Source: Bacteroidota bacterium (GTDB taxonomy: Bacteria > Bacteroidota > Bacteroidia > Bacteroidales > VadinHA17). Taken from it: a stretch of 64,000 nt of DNA. This document shows positions 29,471 to 39,834 of the stretch, piece by piece. The notes under the pieces are model-generated. The model ran no database searches and was not told the origin of the DNA. It saw nothing but the letters and a program-made list of their open reading frames with translations. The stretch's first letter is position 1. Each line of letters opens with the position of its first letter. The stretch covers positions 5,408 through 69,407 of the forward strand of contig JAKPOU010000023.1 in NCBI GenBank assembly GCA_029547705.1, written 5' to 3'. The translations under genes and the position numbers were made by a program.

Positions 29471-32400
29471 ATGATCAGAGCCGTAAACAGGACAATAAGG
29501 ATTCTTTTGATTCTGGCCGGGACCATCATTATGATCCCTGCACTGCTCTATCCTGTTCTCAGGCACCCGGAGATACAGACACTCATAATCAAACGGATTA
29601 CCAGGCATTTCTCACAGGAGCTCAAATCAACAATATCAGTCGGCAAGACGGAGTTCATTTTTTTTAACAGGCTCAGCATGGATGATGTCCTGATCAAGGA
29701 CAAAAATGATGATACACTGCTTTATGCAAAAAAATTATCCGTCACGATCAGAAGAATAAATACCGAAAGGAATGAATATACCCTCGGAAGTGTGGTGATC
29801 ATGAATCCGGTATTCTCCCTGATCACTGATACAGCAGGAGTCCAGAATCTTCAATGGTATCTGGCACTTCTGAAAAGAGGATCCGGGAAACCTGCCGGAC
29901 AGCCTGTTGCCCTGAAGATAAACCATGCGGATATCAGGAACGGCTCCTTTTCACTCATCAACCAGGGTACAGAAATCAGGGAAAACAATACCATTGATTT
30001 CAACAGGCTTCACCTGGGCAGCATAAACGGAAACCTCAGAGAATTCTCGGTAAGGAAGGATACCACATCCTTCAGTGTCCATGATCTGTCCTTCCGGGAA
30101 TCAGGAGGTTTCACAGTCCGCAAAATGTCAAGTGATTTTGCGGTTGCAGACAGGAATATCATATTCACTTCGGCAAACATCAACTGTGACAGCAGCATTC
30201 TCAACATTCCCCTGGTTGAACTGAAAGCCGGTCCGGACGGCACTTTCGGCAATTTCATAAACACGGTGAACCTGGATATTCAGATTGACAAGTCCCTGGT
30301 ATATACATCCGACCTGCAGCATTTTGTCGCCGCGGTGAACGGAATGCATGAGAATGTGAACATCCGGGGAAGGATTTTCGGTACAATAGCTGAGCTCAGG
30401 GGCCGCGACATAAGCCTGGGTTCAAAAGAAGAGACGGTTCTGGACTGCGATTTCGACCTTTCGGGTCTGCCGGATATAATGAACTCATTCATTTACCTTG
30501 GTGTACATCAGCTTAAATCAAGTGCTGAAGATATTAAGGACATCAGGGTGCCTGGGGGGAAAGCACTGAGGCTTCCCGATTATTTTGAGAGGCTGGGAAA
30601 AATATCCTTTAACGGCAGCTTTACCGGGTTCACCACGGATTTTGTCGCATACGGAAAACTGGAGTCGGAGGCCGGAAACCTGAACACGGATGTCTCATTC
30701 AGGCCCGAAGGAAAGAACCAGTTCAAGATCAAGGGGCTGATAACAGGCAATGGCATCAATCTGGGGGAGATCACGGGAAACAGCGACTTGCTGGGAGATC
30801 TCAGTATTAAGACGGATGTTGACATGCATGCCTGTTCCTTCAAAACATTCTCTGGCGAAATAAACGGACTGATCGACAGTGTTGAAATAAACCACTATAA
30901 ATACAGGAATATCTCTCTTAACGGGATAATCAACGACAAGACCTGGGATGGCAGTATAAAGATAGCAGATGAAAATATCAGGCTGGATATGCTTGGAATG
31001 ATGAATTTCAACAGGGAACTGCCGGAATTTGATTTCACTCTCAATCTTGTAAAAGCCGATCTTTTCAGGCTTCACCTTGACAAATCCGACAGCACATCGG
31101 CAGCATCAATGCTTCTGACGGCAAATTTCAGGGGAAAGATTGACGAGAACCTTGTGGGCGAAGTGAAACTGCTTAATTCAAGTCTCCGGAAGTATGGCAA
31201 TACGCTCGACATGTACGATTTCTCCCTCAGGTCATTCATGGATAACAACCAACCTTCAGTCAGCCTGAGAACCGATTACGTGGATGCAGATCTGAAAGGC
31301 CGCTTTAATCCTGCAGGACTGATGTCATTTATCGCTTCGGCAAAAGCCGGACTGATGCCTTCCAGGTATGTCAGACCGGAATTGCAAAGCCCCTTTGTAA
31401 CGGATACACTTGTATTTGCCGTGAATTTCAAACAAACCGACAATATCAACAATTTCTTCCGAACAGGTCTGCTGCTTGCAGATAAAAGTACCATTACAGG
31501 CGAAATAGTGGCCGATACCGCTGCACATGCAATACTTCTTTCAGATAAACTGGTTTTCAGGGGCAATACTTTCAGCGACCTGGCTGTAGACCTTGATTAT
31601 TCCCGGTTTTTACTCGGAGCAGGACTCAGGAGCTCATCACTCAATTTTCTCGGACATTCTGACCTCGAGGATTTTTCAGCTGATTTCACCGTAAAACCCG
31701 ATAATTTTATATTCAGCCTCAACTGGGAAGGCAATGACCCCCGGTCAGCGGGCAGCGGAAGCTTTACCGCCAGGGGAATATCAATGAAGGAAGCAGGCAT
31801 GGGTGCCGGACCCCTGATGCTGATCGACATTGCTTCATCCGATATCATTAACCCGGATAATCAGTGGAGAATAAATCATTCAACAATCCTTCTCGATTCG
31901 AATATGGTTAATATCAACAATCTGCTGATACACAATGAAAGCAGTTACTACCTGATAGACGGTACCCTGTCGAAAAACCGGGAAGACAGCCTCAGGCTCG
32001 AATTTAAAAATATCGATATTTCCCCGCTTAACTCACTGATCAGCGGGAAAGATGACAGGGAAAAGCTGTCACTGGACCTGAAGGGGGAACTCAGCGGAAA
32101 AGTACTTCTTACAGATGTTTACAGCAATCCGCTTGCCGAAGGAGATCTCCGGATCAACGGATTTTCAATACTCGGCGGCGAATACGGCACGCTGACACTG
32201 AACTCCGCATGGAACAATGAGGGAAAGGTGGCAGAAATACGAGCAGGAAACAATCTCAGCGGAAAGAAGATGCTCGATGTGAAAGGCTATTACAATCCCC
32301 AGGCCAGGCAACTGGACCTGACAGCATCGAGCGAGAAGCTTCCCGTGGATGCCCTTAATCCCCTCCTGAACTCATTTGCTTCGGATATTTCCGGATCTGC

Positions 32401-33991
32401 CAGTGGCAAAGTAAGGATATCGGGAGAACTGAACAGGCTGGTCATGAAGGGTTCGCTCATGGCTCAAAACACCTCAATGACAATCGATTATCTGCAAACC
32501 AGGTATAAACTGAATGATTCAGTGCGTTTTGATAACAATAAGATAATTTTCAGGGATTTAAAACTTTCTGACGAGAGAGGGAATACAGCAATGCTCAACG
32601 GTAAGGTATTTCATAATCACTTCAAGGATTTCAATGCCGATATTACCGTCAGTTTCAATGATTTCATGGTTATCAACACAAAGGCCAGGGACAATGAGGA
32701 TTTTTACGGAACTGCCTTTGCCACCGGCATAGTCACAATAAAAACCGGCCAGAATCTGATATCCTTCGACATCTCGGCCAGAACAGGCAGGAATACCAGG
32801 TTCTACATGCCGCTCAATACCAGTGAAACGCTCACTGACTATTCATTTGTAAGCTTCGTTACGCCGGGAACATCCGGGGTGGCATCAGATCTTCCCGGAT
32901 CTGCCGCCACTGCCCTTGCCCAGGCCACCACCGGCATAGAGCTCAACTTTGATCTGGATGTTACTCCTGATGCGGAAATACAGCTGATTTTTGACGAAAA
33001 GGTGGGCGATGTGATCAGGGGCCGGGGATCGGGAAATCTGAATATCAATCTCGATCAGAAGGGCAATCTCGGTATCTCCGGTGATTATGTGATTGATAAC
33101 GGCGATTACCTGTTCACCCTGGGGAATGTCATGAACAAGCCATTTACTGTGGAAAATGGCGGAAAAGTCAGCTTCAGCGGGAATATTGACAATGCGGAAA
33201 TCGATCTTAAAGCGATTTACAGGCTTAAGGCATCACTTTTCGAGATACTTCAGGATGACAGGTTCAATGAAAGAATTCCGGTTGAATGCCAGATCCTCCT
33301 TTCCGGCAAGCTGTTCAATCCCGTCGTGGGATTCAATATTGATCTTCCTTCGGCAGATGAAGAAAGGAGGGCCTACCTGAGAAATGTGATAACCACAGAT
33401 GAGGAACTGAGCCGCCAGTTCCTGTATCTCCTTGTCATGAACAGTTTTTATTCCGATCCCGGCGGGCGGTCTTCAGTTACCGGCGGGGGATCAGCAACAG
33501 CAGGAACGGGAACCACCGGCACTTCCGCCATGGCCGTGACAACCACCGAGATGCTGTCACACCAGCTGAGCAACTGGCTGTCCCAGATAAGCAATGATTT
33601 TGACATCGGCTTCGTGTACCGTCCGGGATACAAGGACATAAACGCACAGGAAGTCGAAGTGGCATTGTCCACCCAGCTTCTCAACGACAGGGTTACAATA
33701 AACGGGAATTTTGACGTAAGGGGGGCAGAAAAAGCTGCCGGCACATCGGATAAGATTACCGGGGATTTTGATATTGAATACAAGCTGACCGAAAAAATCA
33801 GGTTCAGGTTCTTCAACAGATTCAATAATCCGTATACGGGAAAGGGAGCTCCCTATACCCAGGGATTCGGTTTGTTTTTCCGCAAGGATTTCAACCAGTT
33901 TGCCGACCTGTTCAGAAAAACCGGAAAATCTGAAATGAAAAAGGAAGATGAGGTAATGATTGAGGGTGAAGGACCGGAAGCTTCCCGCTAG
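29471..33991 (+). CDS. tamB: Translocation and assembly module protein TamB (DUF490-containing)
   Basis: 1506 aa with an N-terminal TM anchor and a long beta-rich body. The C-terminal region is DUF490-like (EVEVALSTQLLNDRVTINGNFDV...). Confidence 0.8.
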   Translation: MIRAVNRTIRILLILAGTIIMIPALLYPVLRHPEIQTLIIKRITRHFSQELKSTISVGKTEFIFFNRLSMDDVLIKDKNDDTLLYAKKLSVTIRRINTERNEYTLGSVVIMNPVFSLITDTAGVQNLQWYLALLKRGSGKPAGQPVALKINHADIRNGSFSLINQGTEIRENNTIDFNRLHLGSINGNLREFSVRKDTTSFSVHDLSFRESGGFTVRKMSSDFAVADRNIIFTSANINCDSSILNIPLVELKAGPDGTFGNFINTVNLDIQIDKSLVYTSDLQHFVAAVNGMHENVNIRGRIFGTIAELRGRDISLGSKEETVLDCDFDLSGLPDIMNSFIYLGVHQLKSSAEDIKDIRVPGGKALRLPDYFERLGKISFNGSFTGFTTDFVAYGKLESEAGNLNTDVSFRPEGKNQFKIKGLITGNGINLGEITGNSDLLGDLSIKTDVDMHACSFKTFSGEINGLIDSVEINHYKYRNISLNGIINDKTWDGSIKIADENIRLDMLGMMNFNRELPEFDFTLNLVKADLFRLHLDKSDSTSAASMLLTANFRGKIDENLVGEVKLLNSSLRKYGNTLDMYDFSLRSFMDNNQPSVSLRTDYVDADLKGRFNPAGLMSFIASAKAGLMPSRYVRPELQSPFVTDTLVFAVNFKQTDNINNFFRTGLLLADKSTITGEIVADTAAHAILLSDKLVFRGNTFSDLAVDLDYSRFLLGAGLRSSSLNFLGHSDLEDFSADFTVKPDNFIFSLNWEGNDPRSAGSGSFTARGISMKEAGMGAGPLMLIDIASSDIINPDNQWRINHSTILLDSNMVNINNLLIHNESSYYLIDGTLSKNREDSLRLEFKNIDISPLNSLISGKDDREKLSLDLKGELSGKVLLTDVYSNPLAEGDLRINGFSILGGEYGTLTLNSAWNNEGKVAEIRAGNNLSGKKMLDVKGYYNPQARQLDLTASSEKLPVDALNPLLNSFASDISGSASGKVRISGELNRLVMKGSLMAQNTSMTIDYLQTRYKLNDSVRFDNNKIIFRDLKLSDERGNTAMLNGKVFHNHFKDFNADITVSFNDFMVINTKARDNEDFYGTAFATGIVTIKTGQNLISFDISARTGRNTRFYMPLNTSETLTDYSFVSFVTPGTSGVASDLPGSAATALAQATTGIELNFDLDVTPDAEIQLIFDEKVGDVIRGRGSGNLNINLDQKGNLGISGDYVIDNGDYLFTLGNVMNKPFTVENGGKVSFSGNIDNAEIDLKAIYRLKASLFEILQDDRFNERIPVECQILLSGKLFNPVVGFNIDLPSADEERRAYLRNVITTDEELSRQFLYLLVMNSFYSDPGGRSSVTGGGSATAGTGTTGTSAMAVTTTEMLSHQLSNWLSQISNDFDIGFVYRPGYKDINAQEVEVALSTQLLNDRVTINGNFDVRGAEKAAGTSDKITGDFDIEYKLTEKIRFRFFNRFNNPYTGKGAPYTQGFGLFFRKDFNQFADLFRKTGKSEMKKEDEVMIEGEGPEASR

Positions 33992-34006
33992 CTGAGGAAA
34001 CAGTTT

Positions 34007-34024
34007 CCGGTTAATAAAAACCGG
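34007..34024 (+). terminator. Weak candidate terminator hairpin after tamB
   Basis: ccggtt-aataaa-aaccgg gives a 6-bp stem and 6-nt loop, 16 nt after the tamB stop. There is no strong T-tract, so the call is tentative. Confidence 0.3.
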
Positions 34025-34133
34025 ACCTTTGTTATTAACAGGAAATACTATAAGGCTGTATCAATACGTTTTTTAATATATTCGCAGCTTAAATAACAGA
34101 TTAATAAATTTAAACGGAAATACGGAAATTAAG

Positions 34134-34817
34134 ATGGGATTTTTACAGTTTGCCATGCAGGATGTCAGCCTGCCTGTCGAAACGACAGTTGATTCGCATA
34201 TGACGCTTCTCGATTTTGCAATGAAGGGTGGATGGGTAATGGTTCCCATCGTGTTATTGTCCTTTGTTGCAGCCTATATTTTTATTGAAAGATTTTATGT
34301 GATAAAGAAGGCATCGCAGCAGGATATGTCTTTCATGAACCGGATCAAGGATTATATACACGAGGGAAGGATTGAGGCTGCACTTGCTCTCTGCAGCTCC
34401 ACCGACAGTCCGGCAGCAAGGATGATCGAGAAAGGAATAAACAGGCTCGGAAGACCACTGCATGACATCAGTACGGCAATAGAAAATGCCGGGAAGCTTG
34501 AAATATCAAAACTGGAGAAAAGCTTTCCCACTCTCGCCACCATAACCGGAGCTGAACCAATGCTGGGATTCCTCGGAACGGTTATAGGAATGGTGAAATC
34601 ATTCTACGCAATGTCACAGGCAGGAAGCAATATTGACGTTTCCCTCCTTTCAGACGGAATCTACACTGCACTGATCACAACCGTTGCAGGACTGTCTGTG
34701 GGGATACTCGGATATTTTGCCTATAACACGCTTGTTGTAAGGGTTGAAAAGGTTGTCTTCACAATGGAAGCCACACTAACGGAATTTATGGATATTTTGA
34801 ATGAACCGGTTAAATAA
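34134..34817 (+). CDS. exbB: MotA/TolQ/ExbB proton-channel family protein
   Basis: Three TM helices and the ExbB/TolQ core (PMLGFLGTVIGMV...ALITTVAGLSVGI). Followed by exbD and tonB. Confidence 0.85.
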   Translation: MGFLQFAMQDVSLPVETTVDSHMTLLDFAMKGGWVMVPIVLLSFVAAYIFIERFYVIKKASQQDMSFMNRIKDYIHEGRIEAALALCSSTDSPAARMIEKGINRLGRPLHDISTAIENAGKLEISKLEKSFPTLATITGAEPMLGFLGTVIGMVKSFYAMSQAGSNIDVSLLSDGIYTALITTVAGLSVGILGYFAYNTLVVRVEKVVFTMEATLTEFMDILNEPVK

Positions 34818-34825
34818 GATCAGAA

Positions 34826-35218
34826 ATGGCTTTATCCCAGAGAAATAAGATAAGCATCAGCTTTTCCTCCACAGGAATGACCGACGTTGTGTTCAACCTG
34901 CTGATATTCTTTATGCTGACTTCAACACTTGTTCATCCGACAGCTCTTAAACTTCTTCTGCCGAAAGGATCGGCACAGACAGCGGCAAAGCCCCAGACCA
35001 CTGTTTCAATAACCGCAGACCAGAGATACTATGTCGAACAGCAGCCCGTAAGCCTTGCAGAGCTGGAAGCTGCCCTCAGACAGAAGCTCGGAAGCAATCC
35101 GGATACATATATTTCACTTCACGCAGACAAGAATGTTCCTTTTGAAAGTGTTGTGGAAGTATTGAACATAGCACAGGCAAACAATTATAAATTAATAATT
35201 GCGACCACACCCAAATAA
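34826..35218 (+). CDS. exbD: ExbD/TolR biopolymer transport protein
   Basis: 130 aa. N-terminal TM (MTDVVFNLLIFFMLTS) and a periplasmic ExbD fold (ISLHADKNVPFESVVEVLNIA). Confidence 0.85.
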   Translation: MALSQRNKISISFSSTGMTDVVFNLLIFFMLTSTLVHPTALKLLLPKGSAQTAAKPQTTVSITADQRYYVEQQPVSLAELEAALRQKLGSNPDTYISLHADKNVPFESVVEVLNIAQANNYKLIIATTPK

Positions 35219-36137
35219 CGATCTCTACAGGATTCCTTCCGAAAGGAACAAGGGAATCATCGGAACAGCCGTAATACATGCGGTGGCACTGTTATTGCTG
35301 ATAGTCCTGGGCTTTTCCGTACCACCTCCCCCGGAAAGCGAGGAAGGCATCCTGGTTAATTTTGGCACGGGTGAAACAGGATTCGGGGCAGTAGAACCAT
35401 CTCCCCCGCCCTCAAGGACGGAGACTTCACCGCCTCCTCCTCCGCCTCCGGCAGCCGTACCGCAGACCGTTTCCGGGGAACAGGCGCTTCTGACCCAGGA
35501 TATTGAAGAAGCACCGGAAGTTAAAAAGGTGGATCCCGCAGCTGAAAAAAGACGGCTTGAACAGCTGGAGGCAGAAAAGAAAAGAAGGGCCGAGATGGAA
35601 GCAGAACGGATAAGAAGGGAGATTGAAGCTGAACGCATAAGAAAGGAAAGGGAGGAAGCAGAGCGCATACGAAGAGAAAAGGAAGCTGAAGAAAAGAGGA
35701 TGGCAGAAATAAAAAGCCGTACCATGGGTGCTCTTGAAGGATCCAAAAATGCCGGCACCACCTCCAAAAGTGAAGGCATTGCCGGAGGAGCCGGAAACCA
35801 GGGTTCACCCACCGGCTCGGTTGACTCCCGGAACCGGGGTGAAGGAAGCGGACTGGGAGACAAGGGTGTATCCTATGATCTCGGAGGAAGAGGCGTGCAG
35901 AGACTTCCGCTGCCGGAATACATTTACCAGACGGAAGGCAGGGTTGTGGTGGAAATAAGAGTCGACAGATCAGGAAAGGTAATAGCGGCAAATCCAGGAG
36001 CAAAGGGATCAACATCACTTGATGAAAACCTGCTTAAGCTTGCAAAAAGTGCTGCCGAGAAAGCTCAGTTCAACCCCGATCCTGACGCACCATTCACTCA
36101 GGTCGGAACAATCACCTATATCTTCAAGCTGAACTAG
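35199..36137 (+). CDS. tonB: TonB family energy transducer with Pro-rich and charged repeat spacer
   Basis: TM anchor (AVIHAVALLLLIVLGF) and a Pro-rich stretch (PSPPPSRTETSPPPPPPP). A charged AERIR(R/K)E repeat region follows, then a C-terminal TonB_C-like domain (EGRVVVEIRVDRSGKVIAANPGAKGS). The only available start is a non-ATG codon (TTG at 35199), so the exact start is uncertain. Confidence 0.7.
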   Translation: MRPHPNNDLYRIPSERNKGIIGTAVIHAVALLLLIVLGFSVPPPPESEEGILVNFGTGETGFGAVEPSPPPSRTETSPPPPPPPAAVPQTVSGEQALLTQDIEEAPEVKKVDPAAEKRRLEQLEAEKKRRAEMEAERIRREIEAERIRKEREEAERIRREKEAEEKRMAEIKSRTMGALEGSKNAGTTSKSEGIAGGAGNQGSPTGSVDSRNRGEGSGLGDKGVSYDLGGRGVQRLPLPEYIYQTEGRVVVEIRVDRSGKVIAANPGAKGSTSLDENLLKLAKSAAEKAQFNPDPDAPFTQVGTITYIFKLN

Positions 36138-36215
36138 CCCCTTAAAAAAGACAGATTTCATACTGCCGTCTCACTGACGCTGAGAGAAAGCCGTTATTAC
36201 TGGTTTTAACAAATC

Positions 36216-36605
36216 TCAGCCCTCCCTGGCAAATACATCGCTGACAGCAGCAGAGAGATTATCTGTCAGATTACTGTCCTTGATTATATAATCAGCTATA
36301 CCTTTCCTGGCAAATTCAAGCACCAGTTCACCGCTTTCCTGGCCTGAAAGCATAATGACGGGTATTTCCGGTTTCAGCTCCCTGATCTTGTTGAAAATAA
36401 CCATGCCGTCGGGATAGAGCTCGCTGCTGCCGGTAAAAAAATAATCAAGAATGATAAGTCCGGGATTATCGCCAATATTGTCTATACAGCCCTCTCCTGA
36501 CTCAAAGGCCCTGACCTCAAATCCTTCCCGGGTGAATTTATTAACTATCAGTTTATTGATAAAAGGATCGTCATCAACAATAAAGATCAGCCTTTTTTTA
36601 ACCAT
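36216..36605 (-). CDS. Stand-alone response-regulator receiver domain protein (CheY-like)
   Basis: 129 aa. Acidic pocket (IFIVDDD), phospho-acceptor context (LIILDYFF) and conserved Lys region (FARKGIADYIIKD). No output domain. Confidence 0.8.
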   Translation of the reverse strand: MVKKRLIFIVDDDPFINKLIVNKFTREGFEVRAFESGEGCIDNIGDNPGLIILDYFFTGSSELYPDGMVIFNKIRELKPEIPVIMLSGQESGELVLEFARKGIADYIIKDSNLTDNLSAAVSDVFAREG

Positions 36606-36655
36606 CTGAGGGCATATATTTAACTGAATTATTTAAAGATAACAAAAAATAACAA

Positions 36656-37936
36656 TCAATAGGCAAAAAGAGGGAAAGGTTTCATCAGCTGAATGGCCTT
36701 TTTTCCAACTTTCTCAATAACGTCCTCATTATCAATATTTGAAAGCACCTCGTCGATCAGATCAACAATAAGCGGCATGTGTTCCTCATCCATTCCCCGT
36801 GTTGTTATGGCAGCTGTTCCCACTCTGAGACCGGAAGCAAGGAAGGGCGAGCGGGTGTCAAAGGGTACCATGTTCTTGTTTACGGTAATATGGGCCCTCA
36901 CCAGGGTGTTCTCGGCTTTTTTTCCCGAAATGGCGGGAAATTTGGTTCTGAGATCTATCAGCATGAGATGGTTGTCAGTGCCGCCAGAGATCACCTTATA
37001 CCCTTTTTCAATAAAGCTTTCTGCCATCACGAATGCATTTCTCCTTACCTTTCCCTGGTAGTTTCTGAATTCCGGATCAAGGGCTTCACCGGCAGCAACG
37101 GCTTTTGATGCTATCACATGTACAAGCGGACCTCCCTGGACTCCGGGGAATACTGCCGAATTCACAAGCGACGACATCATTCTTGTTTCTCCTTTCGTTG
37201 TCTTGATTCCCCAGGGATTTTCAAAATCCTTGCCAATGAGGATGATGCCGCCACGTGGTCCCCTGAGTGTCTTATGCGTTGTTGACGTGACAATATGTGC
37301 ATATTTCACGGGATTTTCAAGCAGTCCGGCAGCAATGAGCCCGGCCGGATGAGCCATGTCAACCATGAAAATTGCACCGATCCTGTCGGCCAGAGCTCTC
37401 ATTCTTTCATAATCCCATTCGCGTGAATATGCTGAAGCACCTCCGACTATCAGCCTGGGTTTCTCCTTCAGTGCCAGTTCTTCCATCATGTCATAGTCCA
37501 CAAGGCCGGTATCCTCACGTACACCGTATGACACGGGACGGTAAAGCATTCCCGAGGAATTGACCGGAGATCCGTGGGTAAGATGTCCCCCGTGAGCCAG
37601 ATTAAGTCCCATAAAAGTATCGCCCGGTTTAAGCACGCTCAGGAATACAGCCATATTCGCCTGTGCCCCGGAATGAGGCTGCACATTCGCATATTCCGCT
37701 CCGAACAATGTACAAAGCCGGCTTATCGCAATTTCCTCGGCTTCATCAATAACCTCGCAACCGCCGTAATATCTGCGTCCCGGATAGCCTTCGGCATATT
37801 TGTTTGTAAGTACCGATCCCATTGCCTGCAGAACCTGGTCACTCACAAAATTCTCGGATGCGATCAGTTCAATCCCGTTCAGCTGACGCTGACGCTCTCT
37901 TTCAATTATGTCAAAAATCTTTTTGTCCCTATTCAT
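36656..37936 (-). CDS. glyA: Serine hydroxymethyltransferase
   Basis: LIASENFVS, and a PLP-Lys motif ([15 protein letters not shown]). 426 aa. Confidence 0.95.
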   Translation of the reverse strand: MNRDKKIFDIIERERQRQLNGIELIASENFVSDQVLQAMGSVLTNKYAEGYPGRRYYGGCEVIDEAEEIAISRLCTLFGAEYANVQPHSGAQANMAVFLSVLKPGDTFMGLNLAHGGHLTHGSPVNSSGMLYRPVSYGVREDTGLVDYDMMEELALKEKPRLIVGGASAYSREWDYERMRALADRIGAIFMVDMAHPAGLIAAGLLENPVKYAHIVTSTTHKTLRGPRGGIILIGKDFENPWGIKTTKGETRMMSSLVNSAVFPGVQGGPLVHVIASKAVAAGEALDPEFRNYQGKVRRNAFVMAESFIEKGYKVISGGTDNHLMLIDLRTKFPAISGKKAENTLVRAHITVNKNMVPFDTRSPFLASGLRVGTAAITTRGMDEEHMPLIVDLIDEVLSNIDNEDVIEKVGKKAIQLMKPFPLFAY

Positions 37937-37954
37937 ATACTTGTTTTTAAATTA

Positions 37955-39730
37955 TTATTCCCCGGTAAACTCAACCAGCAATTCACGGTAAGTTGAGAAA
38001 ATTCTTGATTTGGATAAAAATCCTGCATAATAACCCTTGTCAAGAACGGGAAGGTTCCATGCTCCCGTTTTCCTGAAGGTTTCCATAACCGTTTCAATAT
38101 CCTCTTCCTTGTCGATATATGAGGGAGGAATTGTCATAAGATCCCTGACAAAGGTCACATCATACAGACCGGTGTTGAACATTATTTCCCTCACGTCATC
38201 AAGAATGACCACACCTTCCAGTATGTTATAAACATCAACAACGGGGAAAATGTTCCGTCTGGATTTCGATATTGCCTTTACCAGGTCACCCAGGGTATCG
38301 TCGGGTTTCACCGTTACAAGATCAAGTTCAATATCCTTCTTCCAGTCCATCATTGTCATCACGGCCTTGTCCTTGTCGTGGGTGATCAGCTCCCCCCTCT
38401 CCGCCAGCTGAACATGATAGATTGAATGGGGCTCAAAGCCCTTCACCGTTATAAATGCCACGGTTGAGGTAATGATAAGGGGTATCAGCAGATCATATCC
38501 CCCGGTTATTTCCGCAATCAGGAAAATTGATGTCAGGGGTGCATGCATCACGCCTGCCATCATGCCTGCCATTCCCACAAGGACAAATCTCTTGTCAGGC
38601 AGGTTCACATTGAATATCCGGTTCAGTATTTCAGAAAAAAGGTATCCGTTTATGCCTCCGATAAACAGTGTAGGGGCAAAAATACCTCCCACGCCTCCTC
38701 CTCCGTTGGTTGCACTCGATGCAAACACCTTGAAAAGGACAAGGCCAAGCATGAACAGGGCAATAACAAGAAAGTTATCCTGGAACCCGCCAACCAGTGT
38801 GTTTCCGAATACTGCATTTGTATCCCCCTTCAGCAGGTGCATTATGGTTCCGTAACCCTCCCCGTAGAAAGGGGGAAACAAAAATATAAGCAGTCCGAGA
38901 ATTCCGCCGCCAACTGCCAGTCTTACATAGTCATTCCTGATCCTTTCGAAGCGGCTTTCAACATACAGTGTTGTTTTTGAGAAGTATACCGACAAAAGGC
39001 CGGATACCACCCCAAGCAGCAAATACCAGGGTATGTTGGTAATGATGAAAGCCTCTCTAACGGAAAATGAAAAAAGAACCTCATTCCCCATCAGGAAGTA
39101 GCTGGTGGTTGCGGCAGTGACCGAAGATATCAGCAAAGGAACAATTGATGACATCGTAAGGTCAAGCATCAGTATTTCAATTGTAAACACTATACCGGCA
39201 ATGGGTGCGTTGAAAATTCCGGATATGGCACCCGCGGCACCGCATCCTATCAGAAGCGTGATGCTTCTGTAGCTGAGCCTGAAAAAGTTACCTATTGTGG
39301 ATCCGATTGATGAACCGGTCAGCACTATGGGTGCCTCTGCTCCCACTGAGCCCCCGAATCCGATGGTTATGGTTGATGCCACAACGGATGTCCAGGTCTT
39401 GTGCGGATTAAGAATGCTCTTCTTTCTTGATATGGCGTACAGAACCCTGCTTACCCCGTGCCCTATATTGTCCTTCACCACATATTTCACAAAGAGCAGG
39501 GTCAGAAGCATGCCGGTGGGCGGCAGGACCAGGTAAAGAAGATTCCATGAACCCATGGCGGTTATCTTCAGAAGGAACTGATGAGTATAATGAATTCCGT
39601 TCTTGAGTATAATGGCAGCCACGGCACTGAGCAGGCCCACCAGCAGACTTAGCAGATAAACAAGGTTAACCTGCCCTGTTTTTTCTGCCAGAGGATGAAA
39701 AATATTCCTTAACAACCTGCCCTTTAACAT
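37955..39730 (-). CDS. ClC-family chloride channel/antiporter with C-terminal CBS pair
   Basis: Selectivity-filter-like motifs GGSVGAEAPIV and GGIFAPTLFIGG. There are many TM helices and two C-terminal CBS domains. Confidence 0.85.
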   Translation of the reverse strand: MLKGRLLRNIFHPLAEKTGQVNLVYLLSLLVGLLSAVAAIILKNGIHYTHQFLLKITAMGSWNLLYLVLPPTGMLLTLLFVKYVVKDNIGHGVSRVLYAISRKKSILNPHKTWTSVVASTITIGFGGSVGAEAPIVLTGSSIGSTIGNFFRLSYRSITLLIGCGAAGAISGIFNAPIAGIVFTIEILMLDLTMSSIVPLLISSVTAATTSYFLMGNEVLFSFSVREAFIITNIPWYLLLGVVSGLLSVYFSKTTLYVESRFERIRNDYVRLAVGGGILGLLIFLFPPFYGEGYGTIMHLLKGDTNAVFGNTLVGGFQDNFLVIALFMLGLVLFKVFASSATNGGGGVGGIFAPTLFIGGINGYLFSEILNRIFNVNLPDKRFVLVGMAGMMAGVMHAPLTSIFLIAEITGGYDLLIPLIITSTVAFITVKGFEPHSIYHVQLAERGELITHDKDKAVMTMMDWKKDIELDLVTVKPDDTLGDLVKAISKSRRNIFPVVDVYNILEGVVILDDVREIMFNTGLYDVTFVRDLMTIPPSYIDKEEDIETVMETFRKTGAWNLPVLDKGYYAGFLSKSRIFSTYRELLVEFTGE

Positions 39731-39834
39731 AATTTTGCAAATATAAAAACATTCCTAAAGCGTCTCCGTTTTTTAATTAAGTTTGTACAGGAGGCTGAAA
39801 AAAAACTCAGACCGGTTATCCCGAAGGCTCCGAC

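Noticed and set aside
35225-36018. Antisense and alternative-frame ORFs of 212 and 165 aa within tonB
   Set aside because: The frames are kept open by the Pro-, Glu- and Arg-rich low-complexity coding of TonB. They have no independent motif, and they overlap a gene with clear TM and TonB_C features.
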